DNA from: Zancudomyces culisetae HAW-14-8
Lineage: Eukaryota > Fungi > Kickxellomycota
Direction: 5' to 3'
Length of the DNA: 64,000 nt
NCBI GenBank assembly: GCA_052426225.1
Contig: JBNJNM010000011.1
Location: forward strand, 4,030,001-4,094,000
Numbering within the stretch: position 1 is the first letter of the stretch; each line of letters opens with the position of its first letter. Below are positions 1 through 10,729 of the stretch, piece by piece. A model generated the notes under the pieces. That model was not told where the DNA came from. It saw nothing but the letters and a program-made list of their open reading frames with translations, and made no database searches. Both the position numbers and the translations under genes were made by a program.

Positions 1-824
1 CAGGGTTCATAGCAACATATATACCCGAAGTCGATCAAGCGGGGCACGGATACGGGCCAAATAGTGTGGAGGTGGAGCACCAAGTCAAGATAGTTGATAA
101 AGCTATTGGATACTTGCGAAGGGAACTGGTAGGATTGGATTACGAGATTATGGTGGTTAGCGACCATGGAATGACAACATCACGTATCCCGAAGGATTAT
201 GTATACATAGAAGATTTGTTTTTAGATGAGGAGTTGGTTAATAATGTATGTGGACTTTATTTGTGGCCTATCGGAGGAATAGTTCCGTGTGACCCAGCAG
301 CGACAGAGTTACTCTATAACAAACTAAAACAGAGTCTTAAAGGCAACAAGAAATTACAACACGCGATACAGGGTGTATACCTCAAACACGAAATCCCTGA
401 GCGACTCCATTACTCCTCAGCAAGTAACCAACGGATTCCACCAATTTTGATATTGTCACGGCCGCCATTTATTATAACATCACGGAAGATCAACCCTGAT
501 TCGGTAATGATGACAGCGAATAACAGAAGCATGGGGGGAGACCACCACGACATACCGGAGTTTTATGATATGGATATGGATATGGATATGGACATGGACA
601 ATAAACGTAGTAGCCGCATTATTGGTACTCACGGATATGACAATGTGGTTGAAGATATGCAAGCAATGTTTATTTCATCGATCCAAATCAAAAATACAAA
701 AACTAGACAAAAGCTATATAAAAAAATCAAAAACGTCGACTTGTATAATCTGATGTGTTTGATGTTGGATATCACACCAGCGCCAAACAATGGAACCACA
801 TATTCTATCTCCAATCACATATAA
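1..824 (+). CDS. Nucleotide pyrophosphatase/phosphodiesterase (ENPP/NPP1 family), 3' part; 5' end outside window
   Basis: Frame is open from position 3: YIPEVDQAGHGYGP, VVSDHGM, GTHGYDN...DMQAMF and NVDLYNLMCLMLDITPAPNNG are typical alkaline-phosphatase-superfamily NPP motifs. Confidence 0.9.
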   Translation, partial: GFIATYIPEVDQAGHGYGPNSVEVEHQVKIVDKAIGYLRRELVGLDYEIMVVSDHGMTTSRIPKDYVYIEDLFLDEELVNNVCGLYLWPIGGIVPCDPAATELLYNKLKQSLKGNKKLQHAIQGVYLKHEIPERLHYSSASNQRIPPILILSRPPFIITSRKINPDSVMMTANNRSMGGDHHDIPEFYDMDMDMDMDMDNKRSSRIIGTHGYDNVVEDMQAMFISSIQIKNTKTRQKLYKKIKNVDLYNLMCLMLDITPAPNNGTTYSISNHI

Positions 825-911
825 ATTTATCTAAACCCATTTGATTCTATTCAAGGCTTTTATTTACTAGCAATAAAGGCGTTGTATACTTTTTTTTTTT
901 TGAAAATATAT

Positions 912-2645
912 TCAATTCATGCAATACAGATCGGGTAAAATTTGCGACCAAAATTCGTTCGATTTTTCTAGATATGAGATATAGCTTTTGCTGAGCGCTT
1001 TTAGACACCTGGTTAAATCACTTTGCTTTATGTGTTGGAATATCGCGTATTCGTTTTCTACACATGTTGAGAATTCGTTCTTTTCCTCTAGTGCCATATC
1101 CACCGCATTGTCCAGCTCTTTCAATCGCGAGTTTAGCCCGTTAATACGCGTTTGTCGTGATACGGCGGGGTCAATCCCTTGTATGTCTCTGATTTTTCCG
1201 CGCACATAGTTGGTAAACATCGACACACCTGTTGCTGACTGGTAGTTAAGCAGTCGATTGAGTTCAGTAGACGTTTTTTCTTTGTATACAATCAAGTCTT
1301 CGTAGACGATCTGTTTCTGGTCACGCAACTTGAGCAACTGTTTAAATGCCTCGCAGTACAAATGAAGCTCCTCCAAATCCATTCCGAATTCTATCTGGAT
1401 TCTATCACTGAGTTTTCGTAGCAGTTTTGCGTTTTCGTTGATTGACACGCTGGTCTTGGACAATATTTGATATAACCCAGTCTCAATCTCGGCTAGTTCA
1501 TTGTACCCCTTTCCTAGCTCATCATATAGCTTTTCAATTTCGTTTTGTGTCTTAGTTACCTTGGTTACCAATTTCTGTGCTTTGCTTATGTAATCTTGAG
1601 TTTTTCCAACACTCAGTTTCATATCTTCGTACTTCTGTTCTCTCTGTTTGACTTTACTAAATGTGTTAACTATTGTGTCACTCAATCCTTCTAAAAGCTC
1701 ACTGCCCTCCTGTTGTTGCTGTTGCTGTTGCTGCTGATTGGTTTGTTGTTGCTGTTGTTGTTTTTTATTGCTCTCATACTGCGAACTCCAATCCTTTGCT
1801 TCTGTAAATGTCGTGAATGCCTTGCTACTTCTCAACTTCGGATGCATGCTAACCCTAATCAGAAACCGTTCCAACATGTGCTTTCGCTTATTCACAAAAT
1901 CCACACCAAATCTGTCTCCCGAAATATACTCAACCCCCGAGCTTTTCGCCAGCGGTGGCACAGCCACGCTGCTATGTTCTTTTACTAGGCTTGAATGCAA
2001 CCATGCAAAATCTTGGTATCTTCGTCTTCGCTTTATTTTTTCTTTTACTTGACCCTCTATATCTAGTTTTGCAGTAGTTACCAAATATGTCATGTATCCT
2101 TTTACTGTTCCGTCCCCCTCCTTTCGTGGCTCAGTTACCGTTATCCTTACTTCATACCCTTCTCCCGCTTCTTCTTCTTTTAATAGATCTTCATGTTCAC
2201 CACTGTTATCCAACGCCCGTTTCGAGCTTGTTGTTGCATCTCCGTGCACATTATAATATCTAAATCCATCAGTATCGCCTGTTCTATCGTTGCTATCATT
2301 CTCGTCAATGCTAGATCCCCACTCATCTGGCTTGTTATATCTTTCATCTATAGTAAAGCCACGTGCATTTTTGACTTCACCCTCTTTCTGTGTATCTTCT
2401 AAAATAATTTCCGGTGTGCACTCTCGTTCCTTTCCCCCTGTCTTGCCTTTTTCTTCAGTTGCTCCTTCCTCCTGGGAATCGTATAAATTGGCTCCGAAGG
2501 GCTCTTCCACTTCTTCCTGTTCTTCTTGAACCCCATACTCAGTCTCTATGCTTACTTGTGAAAATATTCCATTACCCTCCTCTCCACTTTCTGTAGTAAA
2601 TGGATTTTCTTTCCAACCCACACTACCAGGTTCTGTAAACTGCAT
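912..2645 (-). CDS. SNX4: Sorting nexin 4 / Atg24 (PX-BAR)
   Basis: PX domain (YMTYLV, RRRRYQDFAWLH, VPPL, RKHMLERFL..HPKL) followed by a coiled-coil BAR region with LKLRDQKQ. First ATG is at 2645; internal polyQ. Confidence 0.88.
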   Translation of the reverse strand: MQFTEPGSVGWKENPFTTESGEEGNGIFSQVSIETEYGVQEEQEEVEEPFGANLYDSQEEGATEEKGKTGGKERECTPEIILEDTQKEGEVKNARGFTIDERYNKPDEWGSSIDENDSNDRTGDTDGFRYYNVHGDATTSSKRALDNSGEHEDLLKEEEAGEGYEVRITVTEPRKEGDGTVKGYMTYLVTTAKLDIEGQVKEKIKRRRRYQDFAWLHSSLVKEHSSVAVPPLAKSSGVEYISGDRFGVDFVNKRKHMLERFLIRVSMHPKLRSSKAFTTFTEAKDWSSQYESNKKQQQQQQTNQQQQQQQQQEGSELLEGLSDTIVNTFSKVKQREQKYEDMKLSVGKTQDYISKAQKLVTKVTKTQNEIEKLYDELGKGYNELAEIETGLYQILSKTSVSINENAKLLRKLSDRIQIEFGMDLEELHLYCEAFKQLLKLRDQKQIVYEDLIVYKEKTSTELNRLLNYQSATGVSMFTNYVRGKIRDIQGIDPAVSRQTRINGLNSRLKELDNAVDMALEEKNEFSTCVENEYAIFQHIKQSDLTRCLKALSKSYISYLEKSNEFWSQILPDLYCMN

Positions 2646-4301
2646 TTTTTTCTCCTCTCTCTTTCTTTCCAAACTATGCTAGTGAAAATGCTTTTTTTAA
2701 ACTAAAGATTCAGGATATTTTACAACAGTCACCAATATTTCTGCTATTGCCGATGTTTGCTTTTTCTTTTCTTCGCAAGTTGATTTTCACAGATTTACTG
2801 TCTAGTAAAAAAGAAACTATATCAGCGTATTTTTACTGGGTTTTTTATCCAAGTTGATAGTCTTTATTCAATTCTTTCTTTACAGTACTACCCTTTAATC
2901 CTATTTCTGTTTTTTTGTTTTCAAATTCTTCCTTTTTTCCAATCCAGCTTGTTTTGTTGATATATTCAATATTTTAATTGTGTGTATAAGATTCTTCCTT
3001 AGAACTTCATTTATAATTATGGTAGGGTTTTACTTTACCATTCCCAATTAAAAGCGAATACTGTTTATTAGCCTATGAGCATGTAGCTATTTTCGTTTTT
3101 GGCATTATTTTCTTTTTTAATTAAAGACGTTATCACATTATAAGCAAAAAACTATGCGATTTTTTTTATTTTTAATAAAAATGTGTCTTCAAAACTCGCT
3201 TCCTTTTTTCCTGGTTCGGAATAGGAATGTTCTTAATTTAACAATTTTTTTCTGAGCAAAATTACCAATTAATGGAAATATTTCTGTGCTTACTGAGTAT
3301 CAAGATATATTCAAGATATACAATAACGAAGCATGATTGAACATCAAGACTAATACTAGAAATAGAAATATGTAACATCTCAAACTCGGTGAATGGCAAA
3401 GATAGACCATGATCACAATTATGGGTTATGGTTCTTTGTCTTCATTTCACTTTTGCTTTTTTTTTTTTGCCACATGACTTTTTATCTGTACTACTCGAAC
3501 AAAAAGAAAACATGACCAAAGCCATTATGTTAGCAACTACACGTGTGATCATCACCATCGTCAATATCGACACCCTATATGTGTCTGTGTGCCGTTTCAA
3601 GTAATATGTGCAAAAAAAATGTTAACGACAGGAACGTACATAATGTGTTATAAGGGCTTCCGCCATTCTTTTACAGCAACACATCGAGTCCATTAAGATC
3701 AAAAAAAGAACACTCAAGTTTGCTCATTCCTTTATAAAGTTCAGCGGTTATTTACACGTTATTTCTGTTTGGGAAATATCTACCACCACCTAGTTAAACC
3801 TGTTTATGCACGTGTCATTTTTTACTAACAGCTGTCCTCTATTCCCCTCCTTCCTAGATCACATCCAAATTTTACTTTGACCAATTGAACACTTCCCTTT
3901 ATTATATACTCACTTATTTGTTCTTGCATGTACTTTGTGGGCAGAAAAAGCAATACCACCAAGACAAATTCTTATATATAGGTCTTGTAATCTAAGCGCA
4001 ACTTAAGGTAGCTTGTTTTAAGGACACACTTAGCTACATAAAAAGGCAATTTCCGATGTTCTGCGCTAAAAACAATGTATAAGCGAATCCAGGTCTCTAG
4101 CAAGCCTGTGTATGTTGAATCATATTCTATTATAAACATTTATAAGCATTATGTAAGCAATAAAAAAAATCTCGAACCCAACTCTTAAACCAAAAAAAAA
4201 CCATTGAACTATTACCCAGGTCCTTTTTTTTGTAGGGTCTGTGTTTAGATACCATCCACTCCACTCCCAATCATAATAATTTCAACAGCAACACAAACAT
4301 A

Positions 4302-5048
4302 TTAAACCAATGGTTTAAACTTGAAGTTTCCTAAAATAAAATCTTCGCTGCTCAAGTTATCTAGCATATAGAGCTGTTCTCTAACATAGTGGACCAAAAA
4401 CTCAAGATCGCTTGCGTTTTCGCTGTTCATCAACAAGTTTCTCCATATTGCCCCAGCAAGTACGCAATCATCTTTGATCAACCCTTCATCATAGCTCATA
4501 ATACTTCCCATATAACTCGACATTAAATCCTTTAGGGAGTCATTTATGAGCTTACCAGATTTTATCCCAGCTCTTTTGATTTTCTCCTCGGCCTCTTCAA
4601 AAAAGTTATCTACTAATTGCTGCTTTATCAATTTTGCATTTTTTTCATTTCGAACCTTCACCAAACACATCCAAACAAACAGGCTTTGCACACTAAACCA
4701 TGACTGGAAGCTCTGTGCTAGCAGGCATCGTGCAACCCAAAACTCAGTAAATTCTTTGCTGTTGACCTTACAGCTGTTGTAAATATTCTTTCCTATTGTT
4801 ACTGATTGATATTGTGGGACTATCCCCGAAAACACTTTTCTTAGTAGATTTGCTACTTTTTCATTTTTGATTGTGGGCCCTTGTTTTGCCACTATTTTCA
4901 ATTTCGGGGATTGCTCTTGATTGGAACCCTCTGTTGAATATTTTATCTTTGCCAATTTTATTCCACCGTTTACAAAGCTTGGTCCCTGAATCGCCGTACG
5001 GCCTTGTCTTGCACCTGCAGCAATTAACCTATTAGCTCTTGTTAGCAT
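4302..5048 (-). CDS. CBP3: Ubiquinol-cytochrome c reductase chaperone Cbp3/UQCC1
   Basis: Arg-rich mitochondrial presequence; FQSWFSV..LFVWMCLVKVR and SYDEGLIKDDCVLAGAIWRNL...LVHYVR motifs. Confidence 0.92.
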   Translation of the reverse strand: MLTRANRLIAAGARQGRTAIQGPSFVNGGIKLAKIKYSTEGSNQEQSPKLKIVAKQGPTIKNEKVANLLRKVFSGIVPQYQSVTIGKNIYNSCKVNSKEFTEFWVARCLLAQSFQSWFSVQSLFVWMCLVKVRNEKNAKLIKQQLVDNFFEEAEEKIKRAGIKSGKLINDSLKDLMSSYMGSIMSYDEGLIKDDCVLAGAIWRNLLMNSENASDLEFLVHYVREQLYMLDNLSSEDFILGNFKFKPLV

Positions 5049-5765
5049 TTTTTGATTGTTATCGCTCCTTTTATTTTATATTTTTATTTGTTTCAATGAT
5101 ATTGACTTTGTTCACGCAATTCTTGTGTTATCGAGAATTCAAGGCTAGGCCGTATTTCAGTAGTGAACTTGGTGATCGTGTTTGTAATTTTATTTATGTC
5201 CGAGTTCTTTTAGCACTGTATAGCAAGATTTCGGTTAGACAGTTTTATCGATGTTTCTTGTTAATGTTGGCCATATAAAAACCAAAATATACAGAGTATA
5301 TTTTACAATAGCTTGGGGGCTTCAAAGTTTATTAAAAGTTGAATGTCATATCACTTCACTATCTCACTTTATTCTCCAATAAATCAAGAAGAAAAAACGT
5401 CTCTTCCTCACAACTAATCAGGAGAATACTGTGCAAATATTTACAGATTCAGCAGGTATAAAAAAATTTTTTTGGCCACAAAATGTTGCTGGTTGTCGGT
5501 TTTTTAACTATTAGCGAATGGGAGTAATGGTATGGACAGAAACAGTGGATGAAATTTTTTTGCGGCAATTTCAGTTTGAGTTGGCTCAGTTCAATCATGA
5601 GCTTAATGGCTATTTGCGTCAATTCTACCATTCCTCGCTACATTTTATTCTAGCTTTTAGTTTCTCCACCCAAACTCAGGTTTTCAAAACTAAGAGTATC
5701 GCATTGTATTTTATCTAGGAGCAAGCACAATAGCACAGAGAATATCAACCCCCAAAGTACAAAAC

Positions 5766-6174
5766 ATGGATCCAAAAATCAGAGGTAAGTATATTTTTTC
5801 ATCCTATATTCATATAAATGATTATCACGCAATCAATAAGTTTGACAAGGCCAAGCCAGAATAACATGTTTAAACAAAGTCTGCTTCTGGATGAATTTGA
5901 AATAAAAGAATACATGATTTGTGCTGAACCGATTTGGAATTGTGTTTACATCAAAAAAAAAATAGTAATTTATAAATACGCGGACGATACACCTCAAGAA
6001 ATCACGACCCCTCTAGATTTAACCGCCGAGAGCAGCACATGTGACAAAAAGGTATTCTTTGATAGTTTGTCCGACAGTTTATCTACTGCTCAATCCAGTG
6101 TTAATACAATGCTGACGGAAATACTTGAAATGCATCCTCCAACTGCTTCAAAGAAAAGACCATTGGATGTTTAA
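5766..6174 (+). CDS. Small 75-aa protein, probable Gon7 (KEOPS/EKC subunit); exons 5766-5784, 5966-6174
   Basis: ATG GAT CCA AAA ATC AGA G|GTAAGT donor and AATAG acceptor at 5965 join in frame, giving MDPKIRVIYKYADDTPQEITTPLDL...KKVFFDSLSDSLSTAQSSVNTMLTEILE. This resembles the Gon7 pattern (N-terminal strand with Y, then L..L...L...Q..IN..LT). Confidence 0.55.
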
Positions 6175-6775
6175 GCTGGATTGAATTCTTTTCCTTTAGA
6201 TAAAAGCTTCCTTGTTTACATTTGTGTCGCTTTATCTTGACTTTTCACTGTGTTTATTTTCGTTTATAGAACAAAAGCGTATTTGCTTGACTATGAGACC
6301 GATAAATACAGCAAAAACTTGAAAGGTTGTGAAAAATGGCATATATTTTTATTTTGGGTCTCCCGTGAAGAGCCACGCTTTCCACCATCTATATTGTTTT
6401 CTTGTATTTTCGGTCATCTTGAACAATAATGTGAATAAATGTACAAGATAGTTGCTTATTGTCCATCATTCAGTTACTTTTGAGATAGTGATAAGCAACA
6501 GGCCCTTAGTATATAAAAATGTACTACAAGACACGTGCTTACTTGGTTGCCAGGCTTTTCTTTCCAGATCTGGTTCCTAAAACAGGTTAATTTGAAATGT
6601 TTCTTTTGGCCAATCACAATTTTAAAAAAATTTTCATTCACTTTTTGATTGATTTGGACTTTTCCATCTTGGCTATTTACAAGAGGTACTCAAAAAAGTG
6701 CTTGATTATGGTTTTGCTCATTAAAACAACAAAATCTCACTATTACATCGTGTTGATTTGTAGACTGTCATAATT

Positions 6776-7692
6776 ATGAACAAGCGGGTTTTAATAAGAT
6801 TGAATCTAAAATTACACAATGAGGGCGCCGCCTTGAAATGTAGCTTCAAGGCTAGATTTCAGGATGGATACAATTCGTTTTCGCGTATAGGTTGTTTCAA
6901 CATACAAACGCGTAGCTATAGCGACCAAAACCGTAATGACAGTGAATCTAATGGACTTAAAATTTCCTCTATTTTGAATCGAATGACCAGTAAATACAAA
7001 TCCAACTCTACGAACACTCATAAAGGCACTGATGATGAAGGTATAGAAAAACGTACCAAATTTGGACACAGTTTTTCTTCAAATAAACAGTTTGCCAGTT
7101 ATAATTTACAAGATAGAAATAAATGGTTCACTAAGATCGATTCTTCTAAAAATGCAACAACCACAAGAGAAAGGGTGCCACGAATAAAAAACAATCGAGC
7201 CAGTATGAGCGAGAGAAAAGCAGGAAAAAAACAGGATACTCTAGATTCAACATCGGAATTGGAAGAATCAGCAGACAAAGATGTTTCAGAACAATCAGTA
7301 GGATGGAGAACTAGAAGAGATGAGTGGAAAAGGTTAGGAAATGGGCACTGGAATCCCAAAAAGAAGGTGTCTAGAGAAACTATGGAAAAAATGCGAATGC
7401 TTCACAATCAGGTAATTTATTAGTGTACTTTTTTCTCACAAATGTTTATTATATACAGACTATGAAAGCTAACATTGATTTTATAATAAATCAATACACC
7501 TCTCTACTTAATACATAGTATCCAGACGTATTCGATATAAAGAGACTATCAACCGACTATAGAATTTCATTTGAGGCTGTAAGAAGGATATTAAGATCAA
7601 AGTTTACTCCCACCGATAAAAGGGCGCAGAAACAGGAGTTAAACAGAAAGGGAAATAATGTTACAAGCGAAGAATCAATCGGTGATAGCTAA
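6776..7692 (+). CDS. RRG9: Rrg9/Neugrin-family mitochondrial protein; intron 7412-7518
   Basis: Spliced product WNPKKKVSRETMEKMRMLHNQ|YPDVFDIKRLSTDYRISFEAVRRILRSKF matches the Neugrin/Rrg9 signature. Basic N-terminus. Confidence 0.85.
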
Positions 7693-7981
7693 AGATATCC
7701 TCGCAAATGAGCATATATTTATCTCGGTACAGTCTGTTTCATTTTAATATATGTTATTAGCATATAATTTGTAGCATATACAGTTGCTATAACTAAATAT
7801 GACTTTTTTTTCCACACATGCACACAACGAAGAGGCTAGTGGTTTGTATTAGAAGTGTTTGTAGAGTACCAATTTAGAAATATTTTATAAATTTGACAAA
7901 ACGTTTGGAAGCTAGTGATACGTACCTCCTGTATTTCCTATGCGGATAATACAGCGAAAAAGATTGAGAAAATAAAATTCC

Positions 7982-9322
7982 CTATAAAAAGCTGAAAGTT
8001 GGGCCTTTTGTTTTAAAGCTATCACTAAGATACTCCTCATTAAGGTTGTTTTGCATTTTTCTTGCACGGAGCAGGAATGTTGAGTCCATTTGAGGCTCGT
8101 TACTAAGAACCTCGTAGAGATTAATGACCTGGTCAATGTCAGTCAGCCTATTATCAGGTACCGCAGGCGTAAAATCACAGTTGTCGTCTAAATCTGCAAA
8201 TATGCGTTCCTTTTTCCAAAAACATAAACGCTTGGCTACGTTTCCAAATGAAAATCCGATGGACCACTTTACCTCGCGGAATGCTGCCTGGATGGCCGGG
8301 TCAAAAATAAATACGAAAACATAAATAAGGCCCGAATAAGCATAAAACATGTATGAGCTGCGCAATGTCTTAAGAGAATCTTCACTTTGATCCACACCCA
8401 TGATGGCCTTATTTATTCTGATGGCATTATATAGTGAAATGACTGTATATATCGTAAGTGCAATGGCGTACAGTGATATTCGTAATACACCTGTATAAAT
8501 TTTTCTGGCTGAGCTGCTATAGTAGAAGACTCTATCCCTTGGTCTGAAAAATCTAGCGACTCTTGATTGAGCAAGTCTATTCTTAAATCCGCCCACTCTT
8601 GAGTTGTTGCATTCGCTCCTAAGATTGTAGTAATCATCGCTACCATCACTACCATCACTCCCTCCTCCATTCTTTGCAAGTAGGTATATGTTTTTTTCTT
8701 CAAGCTTTCTTGAGTTTTCTTGACTAATTCGACTAAACTGTGAGTCAATTTTGCCTTTTTCGCTAATAATCTTGTAGCACACTAAAATAAATACTCCCAG
8801 GCTGTATATTCCCGGAATTATTATCCAGACATATGTTACAAAGAATTGTGTCAACATCAGTTCACCAAAACTAGTGTAGTCTCTAGTATCCGCCCAGCAG
8901 ATTCCAGCGCCTATTGAATAAAACAACTCACCAATTATTATGACAAATGCCAACCCAACGCTACCCATGACATATGTTGTAAATGACCATCTGCTATAGT
9001 AGCTTCGTTTTCGTAGAAATACAATATGGAGGTTGATTGCTATACACGTTAGTAGGTATGTGGAGAAGAGTGTTGTAAAATTCAAAAGAGGTAGTACTAC
9101 TCTGCAAGATACCGGGCTATTGTCAAACAGTGTGCTGGCTATTATCCGCAACAATGCATTTAAGGTGTTGGACAGGGCCATTAGCGTAACCAGTTTAAGC
9201 GATACTCTATCGACAATGTACCTTTTGTATATCCAAAACATCATAAAGAAAATAACAGCCAAGAATGAAAAACACATGGTTAGCCAAAGCCCAGCCTTCA
9301 TACCAGAATCAAAGCTACTCAT
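7982..9322 (-). CDS. Seven-transmembrane GPCR-like receptor (cAMP-receptor/Git3-like class)
   Basis: About seven hydrophobic segments, DRVSL after TM1, Cys before TM3 and CW in extracellular loop 2, long third intracellular loop, DP in TM7. Intronless; first ATG at 9322. Confidence 0.7.
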   Translation of the reverse strand: MSSFDSGMKAGLWLTMCFSFLAVIFFMMFWIYKRYIVDRVSLKLVTLMALSNTLNALLRIIASTLFDNSPVSCRVVLPLLNFTTLFSTYLLTCIAINLHIVFLRKRSYYSRWSFTTYVMGSVGLAFVIIIGELFYSIGAGICWADTRDYTSFGELMLTQFFVTYVWIIIPGIYSLGVFILVCYKIISEKGKIDSQFSRISQENSRKLEEKNIYLLAKNGGGSDGSDGSDDYYNLRSECNNSRVGGFKNRLAQSRVARFFRPRDRVFYYSSSARKIYTGVLRISLYAIALTIYTVISLYNAIRINKAIMGVDQSEDSLKTLRSSYMFYAYSGLIYVFVFIFDPAIQAAFREVKWSIGFSFGNVAKRLCFWKKERIFADLDDNCDFTPAVPDNRLTDIDQVINLYEVLSNEPQMDSTFLLRARKMQNNLNEEYLSDSFKTKGPTFSFL

Positions 9323-10729
9323 CTTTCCCTTTTTTTGGATTATTTTTTCTTTTGATTTGCAAAATAAAGTGTTATTAGTATTGGAGTGTTTATTGATCAA
9401 TGCTGCTTGCCTGTTATCAATATGTGAGTATAGGCTTCAATGTGTAATATCAAAAAAATGTTTTTGCTATTTGTTGGTTGAAAAAGTTTAAAGAAAAAGG
9501 TAAAAGCACAACAGGATGAAAACAGCATTTATATACTATTTGGGATTTTTAGTAAAGATTGATAACCGAGATGCCACTTTAATATTTATCCTTGTATTAG
9601 AGCTAAGATGAACGCTGAAAACGAACTCCTACCCATGTTTCATTTATTATTGTTGTTATTGTTATTGCATCGGCTTGATGTCTATTGATGTTGGCTATAA
9701 AATGTAATTGCTCGATTATTGAGGTTTACGAATAAATTGATTGTGAATAGGTTTGATGTGCTATTGATGTTATAAGGAGTGGGTTGAGAAAACCAAACAT
9801 ATGCAAGTTTTAGAAATCAATTTTTTGAGATCTGTAATGAGCAGGAGACGTCTAGATGGGTGAACGTATGGATCTACTTGCCTTGTTATTTAGGGAGGTG
9901 AGGGGGTGGTTAGAAAGTAAAGATATTTTAAACGAAGAAATTTTCACCAAAAAAATCCAGAATGGCCATGAATACTACTTTTTTTCTTGAAGATTAGCTT
10001 GAATTTGTGCCTATTTGAAACCACAATAGGCAAAACCGAATCTAACAAGAAAACATATATTGATATCTTTGTCACTGAACCCTGAAAAGGGTATACTAAA
10101 TCTATACATACACCCCACACTGTGTACTAGCAGTATACATCAGTATTCTTATCAATTGCACCACCAAACTGTTGTTTCACAATAGTTTTTCAATAACATT
10201 TCTAAAGAACTGATTGTCTATTGAGGAGTTTATTCATCAGTGAAAGCTCAATAATTAATAAGAGTTAATAGCTATTTTGGGTCAAATGTAAAATAAAGAT
10301 ATGATGTTGTGTCCAAAATAGGAAACATGGCAGGAAAAGGGTTCAGTTGGTCTGCTCTATGTTGGTATCTGCGTAGCACACACAAGAGACAAAATAGTGC
10401 AAAAATCGCAGTGTGAAACAAAGATGAAGTAGGGTCAGAGAAAATTAATGGTATATTGGTGCTTTTTTCTTTTAACAAAGGATTACAGATTGGGTATTTG
10501 ATAATCCTCAAGTATTTAGAAATGTGATTTTTTTTTAAATAAAACTCAAGAAATTATACCATCTCTAAACATCATCAAGTATTGATTTAAAATATATCCA
10601 CTACACGTTACAGTAGTACGACCACTCTGTTTATGGCACCGGGTTCAGACAATTAATAATACATTTTTTTTGTGTGACGGTAGTCACTTGAAAAAAGAAA
10701 ATAAGCTAGAATAGTACTAATGACGCCAA

